From Candidatus Eiseniibacteriota bacterium (GTDB lineage Bacteria > Eisenbacteria > RBG-16-71-46 > JABDJR01), in the NCBI GenBank assembly GCA_963762255.1, contig CAVXKA010000001.1, positions 896,001 to 960,000 on the forward strand: DNA of 64,000 nucleotides, written 5' to 3'. This document shows positions 1 through 8,526 of this stretch, piece by piece. Positions within the stretch are counted from its first letter, which is position 1. Every line of letters starts with the position of its first letter. The position numbers and the translations under genes are program-made. Under the pieces are notes generated by a model. The model worked only from the letters and a program-made list of their open reading frames with translations. It made no database searches and was not told the DNA's origin.

Positions 1-1116
1 AACAGCCATGTCATGCCCGGAGGAGGCGACGTTTGGTTTCACACCAGCGGACACTTCGACGGTCGGGTTCACACCAACGACAAGTTCCGCTTCGCCTACT
101 TCCCGACGTTCGAGGACTTGACCACCAGTGCCGCGTCGACTGCCTGGTACTACAACAACGGCAACCCGAAGCAGAACAACGGTAAGCGCAACGGCGACCG
201 CGATGTGCCGAACTTCTATGGCGGCTTCCAGTTGGACGCGCCGGAGATCGAGCTGCCCGCCAACTCCTTCAGCCAGGAGCGGGCGGCGCTCGGCGGCAAC
301 CCCGGCACCACCACGACGGTGACGAACTCGGAAATCCGGGCCGCCCTGGGTCTGCCTTCTGGATCCTCCCCTCCCCCCAACGGCGTCTACGTGCCGAGCA
401 GCGGGGGCGCGGTCACCGGCGGCATCTACGTCGCCGGCAACGCGAAGGCGGTGACGATGTCCGTGAGCGGCGGCAACCAGGTGATCCAGATCAAGGACGC
501 CAACAACCTCTCCACCACCGTCACCATCAACCATTCGAACGGAACGACCTCGGTCGTGCCCCCCGCAGGGTCCCCGTACACGCTGGCCGGCGTTCCCCGC
601 GGTGTGCTCTACACCAGGGGAAGCGTGAGCAGCCTCAAGGGGCCGGCCCGATCCGGGGGCACAATTCCCCCCGCGATCGCCAGCGATCAGCAGATCAGCG
701 TCGTCAGCACCGGGGACATCGTCGTTCAGGGGGATCTCTCCTACCAGGACTACGAGAACGGCGAGAACGTGCTCGGCATGTTCTCCAGCGGTGGGAGTAT
801 CCGCGTCGGCACTTCTGCTCCCAACGACGTCCGGGTCGACGCCTATGTTCTCGCCTCCGCAACCAGCAAGGTGTTCTCCGTGGACAACCACGACTCGGGT
901 TCGTACCGAGGAACAGTTCGTTTGCGGGGCGGCATGGTCACAAATTTCTACGGGGCATTCGGCACGTTCAGTTCAAACGGCAGCATGACCGGTTACGGAC
1001 GAGACTTCCGCTATGACCGTCGAGGGTACATTCCACCCTACTATCCCCTCACCCAGCGGTTCGTTCCCGACCAGCCGCAACCGCAGGTAGTCTCCTGGAG
1101 AGAGGTGACGGAGTGA
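1..1116 (+). CDS. DUF4900 / PilX-like pilus-associated protein, C-terminal part (5' truncated by window)
   Basis: Frame open from base 1. Motifs DGRVHTND, GTVRLRGG..NFYGAFG and TGYGRDFRYDRR..PPYYP resemble DUF4900/PilX-type C-termini. Confidence 0.6.
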   Translation, partial: NSHVMPGGGDVWFHTSGHFDGRVHTNDKFRFAYFPTFEDLTTSAASTAWYYNNGNPKQNNGKRNGDRDVPNFYGGFQLDAPEIELPANSFSQERAALGGNPGTTTTVTNSEIRAALGLPSGSSPPPNGVYVPSSGGAVTGGIYVAGNAKAVTMSVSGGNQVIQIKDANNLSTTVTINHSNGTTSVVPPAGSPYTLAGVPRGVLYTRGSVSSLKGPARSGGTIPPAIASDQQISVVSTGDIVVQGDLSYQDYENGENVLGMFSSGGSIRVGTSAPNDVRVDAYVLASATSKVFSVDNHDSGSYRGTVRLRGGMVTNFYGAFGTFSSNGSMTGYGRDFRYDRRGYIPPYYPLTQRFVPDQPQPQVVSWREVTE

Positions 1117-1379
1117 ACTTGGACCAGTTGAAGAAGATGCGCATGATGGGGTTGGCGTTGGTCATGGGTGTCGGGCTTTGCGTGCTGATCGTGTGGGATC
1201 AGACCCGCTCGACGGGTGGAGGCGAGGTCTCACCACCCCGAGAGCAAGCCACGATGTCGCGGCCGGCCGAGCCGGCAGAGCCTCCGGCGAGCGATACCAC
1301 CCCCGCGCAGGATCCGGACGTTTCGTCCCCCGCGGAGAGCGACGCGGCCGACGGTGAGGTGCGCACCCTGACGATGTGA
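1113..1379 (+). CDS. small single-pass membrane protein, hypothetical
   Basis: GTG overlaps the upstream TGA; N-terminal hydrophobic helix followed by a Pro/Ala/acidic disordered tail. Confidence 0.55.
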   Translation: MNLDQLKKMRMMGLALVMGVGLCVLIVWDQTRSTGGGEVSPPREQATMSRPAEPAEPPASDTTPAQDPDVSSPAESDAADGEVRTLTM

Positions 1380-1416
1380 TTTCCTCGGGGCGCCCGCGGG
1401 CCTGATCCGCCCCCTG

Positions 1417-1425
1417 TGTTAGGCT
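1417..1425 (+). promoter_or_regulatory. extended -10 element (TGTTAGGCT), probable leaderless promoter
   Basis: TG-n-TAGGCT ends 7 nt before ATG 1433; no Shine-Dalgarno is present. Confidence 0.45.
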
Positions 1426-1432
1426 TTTCCGC

Positions 1433-3508
1433 ATGCCGTTCTCGTTTTTGAATGCGGCCTTCCTCACCGGACTCGCCGCGGCCGCCCTTCCCATCGTCAT
1501 CCACCTCTTCAGCCGGCGCAGAGTCGCGCGCGTCCGCTTCTCCTCGATCCAGTTCCTCGAGGAGATCGCGCATCGGCGCGTGCGGCGCGTGCGGCTCACC
1601 CAGTGGATCATCCTCGCGTTGCGCGTGCTGGCGCTGGCGTTCCTCGCGCTGGCGCTGGGGCGCCCCGCGTTTCGCGGTGACTTCGCGTTCGGCAAGAGCC
1701 GGGGCGAGAGCGCGGTGGCCATCGTGCTCGACGGCTCCTACAGCATGCGTGCGGAAGGGGAGCGCGAGACGCTGTGGGCTAAGGCGAAGGGACGCGCCGA
1801 GGAGGCGATCGCGGCGCTGGAGGCGGAGGATCAGATCCTATTCGTGGGCGTCGATCCGCGGGTGGAGGAGATCGAGTCGTATCCGAGCGCGGCGGGCGCC
1901 GCCGAGGCGCTGCGTAACCGCGAGGCGGGCTTCGGCACGACCGACCTTGCCGGCGCCGTGCGGCGCGCGGGCGGGCAGCTTGCCGGAGTCACCGCCCTCA
2001 ACAAGGAACTCTTCGTCATCTCCGATTTCCAGCGCACCGGGTTCGGGGCGGGAACCGAGTCCCTGGAGATGGATCTCCTGTCCGCGCTCGATCCGCGCAC
2101 CCGCGTGTTTCTCATTCCGGTCGGAGAAGGGGCCATCGCCAACAGCGCGATCGAGGACGCTCGTCTGGAGGGAAGCACCGTCGATCAGCGCGTGCGCGTG
2201 CAGGCGGCCCGTCATGCGGCAGCCTCCGCCGAGGATCTGGCGGTGACGGTGGAAGCGGGGTCGGAGGTGCTCGGCGAGACCTTGCTCTTCCTGAGCGCGC
2301 AAGGGCGGGAAGCGGTCGATGTGCCGCTTACGCGCATGCCCGGCGAGGGGGAGGAGCTGCGCGCCCGGCTGGCCCGCGACCGCTTGCCCGAGGACGACAT
2401 GCGCTACGTGCCCGCGCTTGGCGCGGGGAGCGTAAACGTGCTGCTGGTCCAGGATCCCGCGCAACCCTCGCCGTTCCTGCCGCTGGCGCTGAGCCCAGAA
2501 GGCGGCACCGGGCGCTTCACGGTGCGCCGCGCCACACCCGACGATCTCATCACCGCCGATCTCTCCGATGTTCGCCTCCTCGCGCTCGACAACGTGGGCA
2601 CGGTGCCGCGCGAGGCGCTCATGCGGCTTCGACCGTGGCGCGCGGGAGGGGGAGCGCTCTGGATCGGCCTCGGAGATCGCGTGGATCTGCGCTACTACAA
2701 CGAGGCGCTCCTCCCCGCGCTCTTCCCGGGTGTCACGCTCGGCAATCTGCTCGGCAGCGACGACGCTGCGTCGGCGAGCTACTCGCTGGCGCCGCGCGCG
2801 GCCGGGCACGAAACGTTCGCGGGGTTCGGCGCCGAGATCGGCCGGCCGCTCACCGGCGCCGCGTTCTGGCGCATCGTCGAGGTGAAGAGCGGCGAGGGTG
2901 TGCGCACGCTGGCCGAGTTCGGCCCCGCGCTCCCCGCGCTCGTGCAGGGGGAACGCGCCATCCTCTTCGCCTCCTCGCTCGATGGGCGCTGGAACAACTT
3001 TCCAACGCACGCCGCGTTCCTTCCGCTCCTCCACCAGAGTCTGGATGCCCTGCTGCGCGAGGGTGGCGAAGACCGCGTGATGGTGGGTGAGCCCGTGCAG
3101 GGCGTGCTCGACCGGGCGCTCGTGCCGACCGGCGCGGATCTCGTGTGTGTCGGGCCGGGAGGAATCGCGCTGGACGTGAGCGTGGAGCCCAATCCGCGCG
3201 GGTTGCTGGCGCGCAGCGCGCCGGCGCCTCGGCCCGGGTTCTACACCATCCGTGCCGCCGATCGCGTCGTGCTCCGCCGCGCAGTGAACATGGACACGGC
3301 CACGGAGTCCGATCTCACCCCGCTCTCCAACGAGGAGATTCTCGCCATGTTCTCCGGCGCGCGGGTCACTCTTGTCGAAGCCGGGGATCCGCTGGGCACG
3401 CCCATCCGCGAAGCCCGCTACGGGCGCGAGTTCTGGCGGGAGCTGGTGGCGATGGTGCTCCTGCTGATGATCGCCGAGGCGTGGCTCTCGAGGCGCGGGG
3501 TGGCGTGA
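1433..3508 (+). CDS. BatA (aerotolerance N-terminal double-TM) + VWA domain membrane protein
   Basis: N-terminus FLN..FL.GL...LPIVIHL...RFSS..FL, LALGRP; VWA MIDAS-like DGSYSM and ISDFQ; C-terminal ESDL and TM W..L......L..EAWL. Confidence 0.85.
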   Translation: MPFSFLNAAFLTGLAAAALPIVIHLFSRRRVARVRFSSIQFLEEIAHRRVRRVRLTQWIILALRVLALAFLALALGRPAFRGDFAFGKSRGESAVAIVLDGSYSMRAEGERETLWAKAKGRAEEAIAALEAEDQILFVGVDPRVEEIESYPSAAGAAEALRNREAGFGTTDLAGAVRRAGGQLAGVTALNKELFVISDFQRTGFGAGTESLEMDLLSALDPRTRVFLIPVGEGAIANSAIEDARLEGSTVDQRVRVQAARHAAASAEDLAVTVEAGSEVLGETLLFLSAQGREAVDVPLTRMPGEGEELRARLARDRLPEDDMRYVPALGAGSVNVLLVQDPAQPSPFLPLALSPEGGTGRFTVRRATPDDLITADLSDVRLLALDNVGTVPREALMRLRPWRAGGGALWIGLGDRVDLRYYNEALLPALFPGVTLGNLLGSDDAASASYSLAPRAAGHETFAGFGAEIGRPLTGAAFWRIVEVKSGEGVRTLAEFGPALPALVQGERAILFASSLDGRWNNFPTHAAFLPLLHQSLDALLREGGEDRVMVGEPVQGVLDRALVPTGADLVCVGPGGIALDVSVEPNPRGLLARSAPAPRPGFYTIRAADRVVLRRAVNMDTATESDLTPLSNEEILAMFSGARVTLVEAGDPLGTPIREARYGREFWRELVAMVLLLMIAEAWLSRRGVA

Positions 3509-6500
3509 GCGTCGCACTCGCGCCCGGAACTCCGATTCCCCCGTGGCGCCGGCCGCTCGAAGCGCTTCCCGCCCTGGGGGAGATTCTCGACGCCCTGGCG
3601 TCCCGCTCCCCTTCGCATGTGCACAAGCTGGTGGGGGCCTCCAAGGCGTTGGTCGCTGCCGAGATCGTTCGACGCACGGGCCGGCCCCTTCTCTACATCG
3701 TGGCGGGCGAAGAGACCGCCGACGCCGCGCGTATCGACTTCGAGACCTTTCTCGGCAAGGCGCCTTTCTATTTCGCCGAGCATGCCACCGCGCCCTACGA
3801 GGTGAAGGTTCCGCACACCGAGGTCTCCGCGGCGCGCCTCCAGACGTTGACGGCGCTGGCAAGCGGTGCCGCCGACGTGATCGTGGCCACGGTTCAGGCG
3901 ATGGGAGAGCGGGTCCCCGCACCGCATGTGCTGCGCGAGCACCTGGTGACGGTGACCGAGGGGCGGCCGCTGGATCTCGACGAAACGCTGGGCCGACTCA
4001 CGTATCTCGGCTACGACCGTTCGGCGGCAGTGGAAGAGGTCGGCGACTACGCGCTCAGGGGCGGCATCCTCGACATCTACTCGCTCGGCGGCGATAACCC
4101 GATCCGCATCGAGGTCGAATACGGGGAAGTGGCCTCGATCCGCGAGTTCGATGTGCGCAGCCAGCGGTCGCTCCGCGCCATGCCGAGCGCGGTCATCGTG
4201 CCGCGCTACGAGATCCTTCTCGACGAGGAACGTATCGAGCGCGCCGTGCGCGACCTGTCCGCGTCCGACTCCGACGCCGGGCGCGAGCTGGCCGGCGCGT
4301 TCGAAGTCGAGGTCTACCCTCCGGGTATCGAGCGCATCGCGGCCCGTCTGGGCCAGGAGCCCGCGTCGTTCCTGAGCTACCTTCCGGACGACACGGTGAT
4401 CGTGATCGAGGAACCGGGGCTGGTGTGGGCGCGCGCAGAGTCTCATTGGGAGAAGGTGCTCGATGCGCACGCGCGGGCGCGAGAGGTCTTCCCCCACATC
4501 AACGCGCCGTCCGAGCTGTTCGTCGATCCGGAGACACTGCAGGCGGAGACGGCCCGCTTCGCCCCGGTTCGATTCTCGGATCTCTCGCACGAGCCGGGGG
4601 ACGCGCGGCCGATCGTAGTTCGCTCCTCGCCTCCCGCCGCATTCGGGCGGCGCATCGAACTCTGGCGGAAGTACCTCGGCGAGCTGCTCGCGGACGGTCT
4701 CGACGTGACCATCCTTTGCGACAATGAAGGACAGCGCACGCGGCTTCACGAACTCCTGATCGAAGACGGGCTCGGAGTCCGGCTCGAGCTGGGAGTGATC
4801 TCGGCCGGGTTCGTGCTCGAAGAGGCGGGCCTCGCCGTTCTCACCGACCACGAATTCTTCGGACGGCCTCGGCGGCGCGCGCGCCCGCGACGGTTCAAGT
4901 CCGGCTTCGGGCTCAAGGAACTGCGCTCGCTCAAGCCAGGTTCCGCGATCGTGCACATCGAGCACGGGATCGGCAAGTTCCTGGGCGTCACCCGGCTGGA
5001 GGTGAACGGGCACCTCACCGACGTCTGCCAACTCGAGTACCAGGGAGGCGACAAGCTCTACGTCCCGGTGGATCAGTTGGACCTGATTCAGCGTTACGCG
5101 AGCGAGGAGGGGAAGAGCCCCGGGCTCTCGCGGCTCGGCGGCACCGGTTGGGCGAAGACCAAGGAGAAGGCCAAGCGCGCGATCCAGGAGATCGCGGGCG
5201 AGTTGGTGCGCACCTACGCGCTTCGCAAATCGCATCCCGGCCACGCCTTCAGCCCCGATACCCCGTGGCAGCGCGAGTTGGAGGGATCGTTCCCGTTCGA
5301 GGAGACCCCCGATCAGCTCCGCGCGGTGGAAGCGGTCAAGCAGGACATGGAGGCGCCGACGCCCATGGATCGCCTCCTCTGCGGCGACGTGGGGTACGGC
5401 AAGACCGAGGTCGCGGTGCGCGCCGCGTTCAAGGCGGTGCTGGGCGGCAAGCAGGTGGCGATGCTCGTGCCCACCACGATTCTCGCCGAGCAGCATTGGA
5501 ACACCTTCAGCGAGCGCTTCCGCGAATTTCCGGTGCGCCTCGACATGCTCTCGCGTTTCCGAACCGCGAAGGAGCGCGAGGAGATCCTGCAAAAGGCCGC
5601 CACCGGCGACCTCGATATGGTAATCGGCACGCACGCGCTGCTCGCCAAGGGCGTCCGCTTCAAGAACCTGGGGCTCGTGATCGTGGACGAGGAGCAGCGG
5701 TTCGGGGTGGCCCACAAAGAGCGCCTGAAACAATTGCGCGCGAACGTGGACGTGCTCACGCTGACCGCCACGCCGATCCCGCGCACGATGAACATGTCGC
5801 TCCTCGGCGTGCGCGACATCACGGTCATCCAGACCCCGCCCCAGGGGCGGATCTCGGTGCAGACCGACATCGCCGAGTTCGACCGGGAACTCATTCAGGA
5901 GGCGCTGCTCCGCGAGGCCGATCGCGGCGGGCAGTCGTTCTTCGTGCACAACCGCGTCGAGTCCATCCATACGATGGCCGTCTATATCCAGAAACTGTGT
6001 CCCCAGCTCCGAATCGCGGTGGGCCACGGGCAGATGGCCGAGCGCGCGCTGGAGCGCGTGATGCACGACCTCGTCCACGGGCGGATCGACGTCCTCGTCG
6101 CCACCATGATCATCGAGAGCGGGCTCGACATCCCGTCCGTGAACACGCTTCTCGTGAATCGCGCCGACGCGTTCGGCCTCGCCCAGCTCTACCAGCTCCG
6201 CGGCCGCGTGGGTCGCAGCACCCAGAAGGCGTTCTGCACCTTCCTGGTCCCATCGGACAAGGCGCTCAGCGAAACCGCGATGAAGCGGCTGCGCGCGATC
6301 GCCGAGTTCGACGAGCTGGGGAGCGGGTTCGCGCTCGCCATGCGCGATCTCGAGATTCGCGGCGCGGGAAACATCCTCGGCAAGGAGCAATCGGGGCACG
6401 TGGTGGCGGTGGGGTTCGAGATGTACGTACGGTTGGTGGAGGAGGCGGTGCGCGAGCTGCGCGGGCTCCCGCTGGAGGAGCGCCCCGAGCCGCGGCTCAC

Positions 6501-6936
6501 CACCGACGTCGACGCCTATCTCCCCGACGACTATGTGGTGGATGCGGAGGAGAAGGTGGCGTTCTACAAGCGCCTGGCCGACGCCACGGATGCGGAGGAA
6601 GTCGAGAGCCTCGCCGCCGAATTGCGCGACCGCTTCGGCCGGCTGGCCGCGCCCGCCCAGGGCCTGTTCGACCTGCGGTTGCTGCGGGTTCTGGGCGCGG
6701 AATCACGGCTCTCCTCGATTTCGCTCCGGGGGCATAAGATCGAGCTGGAATTCGCGGCGCCGCCGTCCCCGGAGGCGATGCGGGAGTGGATGAAGCGGAT
6801 CACCATGCCGGTAGAGTTCGCCACCAGCGGGCGGTTCGTGATGAAGGCGAAGGGGGGGCTGGCGGAGGCCCTCGATTTGGTGACCCGCCTTGCCGGACGT
6901 GAACCGGCTGCGGCGGCTGGAAAGGAAGCACGATGA
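3505..6936 (+). CDS. mfd: transcription-repair coupling factor Mfd
   Basis: UvrB-like RGGILDIY, RID VHIEHGIG, helicase motifs GDVGYGKT, DEEQRFG, TATPIPRT, QLRGRVGR, TRG motif RDLEIRGAGNILG. GTG 3505 overlaps the upstream TGA. Confidence 0.97.
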   Translation: MSVALAPGTPIPPWRRPLEALPALGEILDALASRSPSHVHKLVGASKALVAAEIVRRTGRPLLYIVAGEETADAARIDFETFLGKAPFYFAEHATAPYEVKVPHTEVSAARLQTLTALASGAADVIVATVQAMGERVPAPHVLREHLVTVTEGRPLDLDETLGRLTYLGYDRSAAVEEVGDYALRGGILDIYSLGGDNPIRIEVEYGEVASIREFDVRSQRSLRAMPSAVIVPRYEILLDEERIERAVRDLSASDSDAGRELAGAFEVEVYPPGIERIAARLGQEPASFLSYLPDDTVIVIEEPGLVWARAESHWEKVLDAHARAREVFPHINAPSELFVDPETLQAETARFAPVRFSDLSHEPGDARPIVVRSSPPAAFGRRIELWRKYLGELLADGLDVTILCDNEGQRTRLHELLIEDGLGVRLELGVISAGFVLEEAGLAVLTDHEFFGRPRRRARPRRFKSGFGLKELRSLKPGSAIVHIEHGIGKFLGVTRLEVNGHLTDVCQLEYQGGDKLYVPVDQLDLIQRYASEEGKSPGLSRLGGTGWAKTKEKAKRAIQEIAGELVRTYALRKSHPGHAFSPDTPWQRELEGSFPFEETPDQLRAVEAVKQDMEAPTPMDRLLCGDVGYGKTEVAVRAAFKAVLGGKQVAMLVPTTILAEQHWNTFSERFREFPVRLDMLSRFRTAKEREEILQKAATGDLDMVIGTHALLAKGVRFKNLGLVIVDEEQRFGVAHKERLKQLRANVDVLTLTATPIPRTMNMSLLGVRDITVIQTPPQGRISVQTDIAEFDRELIQEALLREADRGGQSFFVHNRVESIHTMAVYIQKLCPQLRIAVGHGQMAERALERVMHDLVHGRIDVLVATMIIESGLDIPSVNTLLVNRADAFGLAQLYQLRGRVGRSTQKAFCTFLVPSDKALSETAMKRLRAIAEFDELGSGFALAMRDLEIRGAGNILGKEQSGHVVAVGFEMYVRLVEEAVRELRGLPLEERPEPRLTTDVDAYLPDDYVVDAEEKVAFYKRLADATDAEEVESLAAELRDRFGRLAAPAQGLFDLRLLRVLGAESRLSSISLRGHKIELEFAAPPSPEAMREWMKRITMPVEFATSGRFVMKAKGGLAEALDLVTRLAGREPAAAAGKEAR

Positions 6937-8216
6937 AGCGATGGATGGGCGCGGCGATCCTTCTTGGAGCGCTCGCGATACTGACCGCGGGCGACGTGAT
7001 CGACCGCATCGCGGCCGTGGTCAACGATGAGGTGATCCTCCTCTCCGAGGTGGACGAGAAGCTCTTCATTCTCGACTCCCAGGGGCAGCTCGCCGGGAAG
7101 GACTCCAGCGAGGTCTACCAGGCCCGTCGCGACATCCTCGACCGGTTGATCGAGGAGCGGCTGGTGGTTCAGCGCGCGCGGAGTCAGGGAATCACGGTGG
7201 ACGCGCAGGAGGTGACGGCGCGAGTCGATGCCGCCCTCGAGCAGGTGAGGTCCCAGTTCCCCAGCGAGGAAGCGTTTCAGGACGCGCTACGCAAGGAAGG
7301 GATCAGCATCACGATGCTTCGCGAGCGCTACGAGAGCGACGTGCAGCAGGAGCTTCTGGCCCAGAAGATCGTGGGCCGCGAGATCCGGGGAAAGGTGGAG
7401 GTGACCGGCGACGAGGTGCGCAAGTTCTACGACGAGCACAAGGACGAGCTGCCGCAGAAGCCCGAGGAGGTCCATCTGGCTCACGTCGTGGTCTATCCGG
7501 GCGATCCCGCCATGGATCTGGCGGCGCGCGAGCGCATCGAGGCCGCGCGCAAGCGGCTGGCCGCGGGAGAGGCGTTCGAGACGGTGGCGGCCGCTCTCTC
7601 GGAGGACGCGTCCCGCACGCGAGGCGGGCTCCTCGGTGAGTTCGCGCCGGGCGACCTCGACCCCGATCTGGAATCGGCCATCGATACGCTCAAGACCGGC
7701 GAGGTCTCGGCACCGGTGCACACGCGATTGGGCTATCACCTGATCGAGGTGCTGTCGCGCGAAGGTGACCGCAGCAAGGTCCGGCACATTCTCGCCCGAA
7801 TCGAGCTCCGTCCGGCAGACCTGGCGCTGGCGCGGGGGAAGGCGGAAGCGGCGCTGGCGCGAATCCAGGGCGGTGAGGACTTTGCCGACGTGGCCAAGGC
7901 GGTGAGCGACGACGAGCTCACCCGCGACAACGGGGGCGACCTCGGGTGGACCCCCGTGCAGGCGCTCGTGCCCGCTATCGCCGCGATGATCGACAGCGTG
8001 GGGATGAGCGGCCTGAGCCCGGTCGTGGAATCGGACCGCGGCTACCACGTGTTCAAAGTGCTCAATCGCCGCAGCGGCGGGTCGTACGAGTTCGAGGACG
8101 TCAAGGATCGACTCCGCGGGTACGTCGAGCAGCAGGAGCTCGAGAAGGCCTACGACACGTGGATGACCGCGGTGCGGGATTCCGCCTACGTGGAGGTCAA
8201 GAACTGGGAGCGCTGA
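6933..8216 (+). CDS. surA: SurA-family peptidyl-prolyl isomerase/chaperone
   Basis: Signal peptide, IDRIAAVVNDEVILLSE SurA N-domain, two parvulin domains (F..VA...SED...GG.LG; GYH); follows mfd. Confidence 0.85.
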   Translation: MKRWMGAAILLGALAILTAGDVIDRIAAVVNDEVILLSEVDEKLFILDSQGQLAGKDSSEVYQARRDILDRLIEERLVVQRARSQGITVDAQEVTARVDAALEQVRSQFPSEEAFQDALRKEGISITMLRERYESDVQQELLAQKIVGREIRGKVEVTGDEVRKFYDEHKDELPQKPEEVHLAHVVVYPGDPAMDLAARERIEAARKRLAAGEAFETVAAALSEDASRTRGGLLGEFAPGDLDPDLESAIDTLKTGEVSAPVHTRLGYHLIEVLSREGDRSKVRHILARIELRPADLALARGKAEAALARIQGGEDFADVAKAVSDDELTRDNGGDLGWTPVQALVPAIAAMIDSVGMSGLSPVVESDRGYHVFKVLNRRSGGSYEFEDVKDRLRGYVEQQELEKAYDTWMTAVRDSAYVEVKNWER

Positions 8217-8524
8217 CCGTCGAGCGCGACGCGGGAGGTGGAGAGGGCGGCGCCGGCGCTCTTCGCCTCGACGTGTTCCTCAACAAGGTGCGCCTGCTCA
8301 AGAGCCGCACCCTGGCCAAGGAAGCCTGCGATCGGGGCAAGATCACCGTGAACGGCGAGACGGCCAAGGGGTCGCGCTCCGTTCACCCGGGGGATCGCGT
8401 GCGGATCGATCTCGGTGTGCGTTTGATCGAGGTGGAGGTGCTGGAGGTTCCGGGCGGACAGGTCTCCAGGAAGGACGCCCGCGATCTCTATCGCGTGATC
8501 GAGGACCGACGGGTGGATCTCTGA
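8213..8524 (+). CDS. S4-domain RNA-binding protein (Hsp15/RqcP-like)
   Basis: RLDVFL..VRLLKSRTLAKEACDRGKITVNG..AK....V.PGD. Probable CTG start overlapping the surA stop. Confidence 0.85.
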   Translation: MTVERDAGGGEGGAGALRLDVFLNKVRLLKSRTLAKEACDRGKITVNGETAKGSRSVHPGDRVRIDLGVRLIEVEVLEVPGGQVSRKDARDLYRVIEDRRVDL

Positions 8525-8526
8525 CC

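Noticed and set aside
3145-3504. N-terminal extension of Mfd in the ORF track
   Set aside because: Overlaps the BatA gene; a coupled GTG at 3505 is the more plausible start.
1838-6399. Very long antisense and alternate-frame ORFs (e.g. 1838..3922-, 3418..6399-, 19152..21530+, 46191..48506-, 53750..55948-)
   Set aside because: Shadow ORFs of real genes in high-GC DNA; Arg/Ala/Pro-rich or mirror-codon composition with no motifs.
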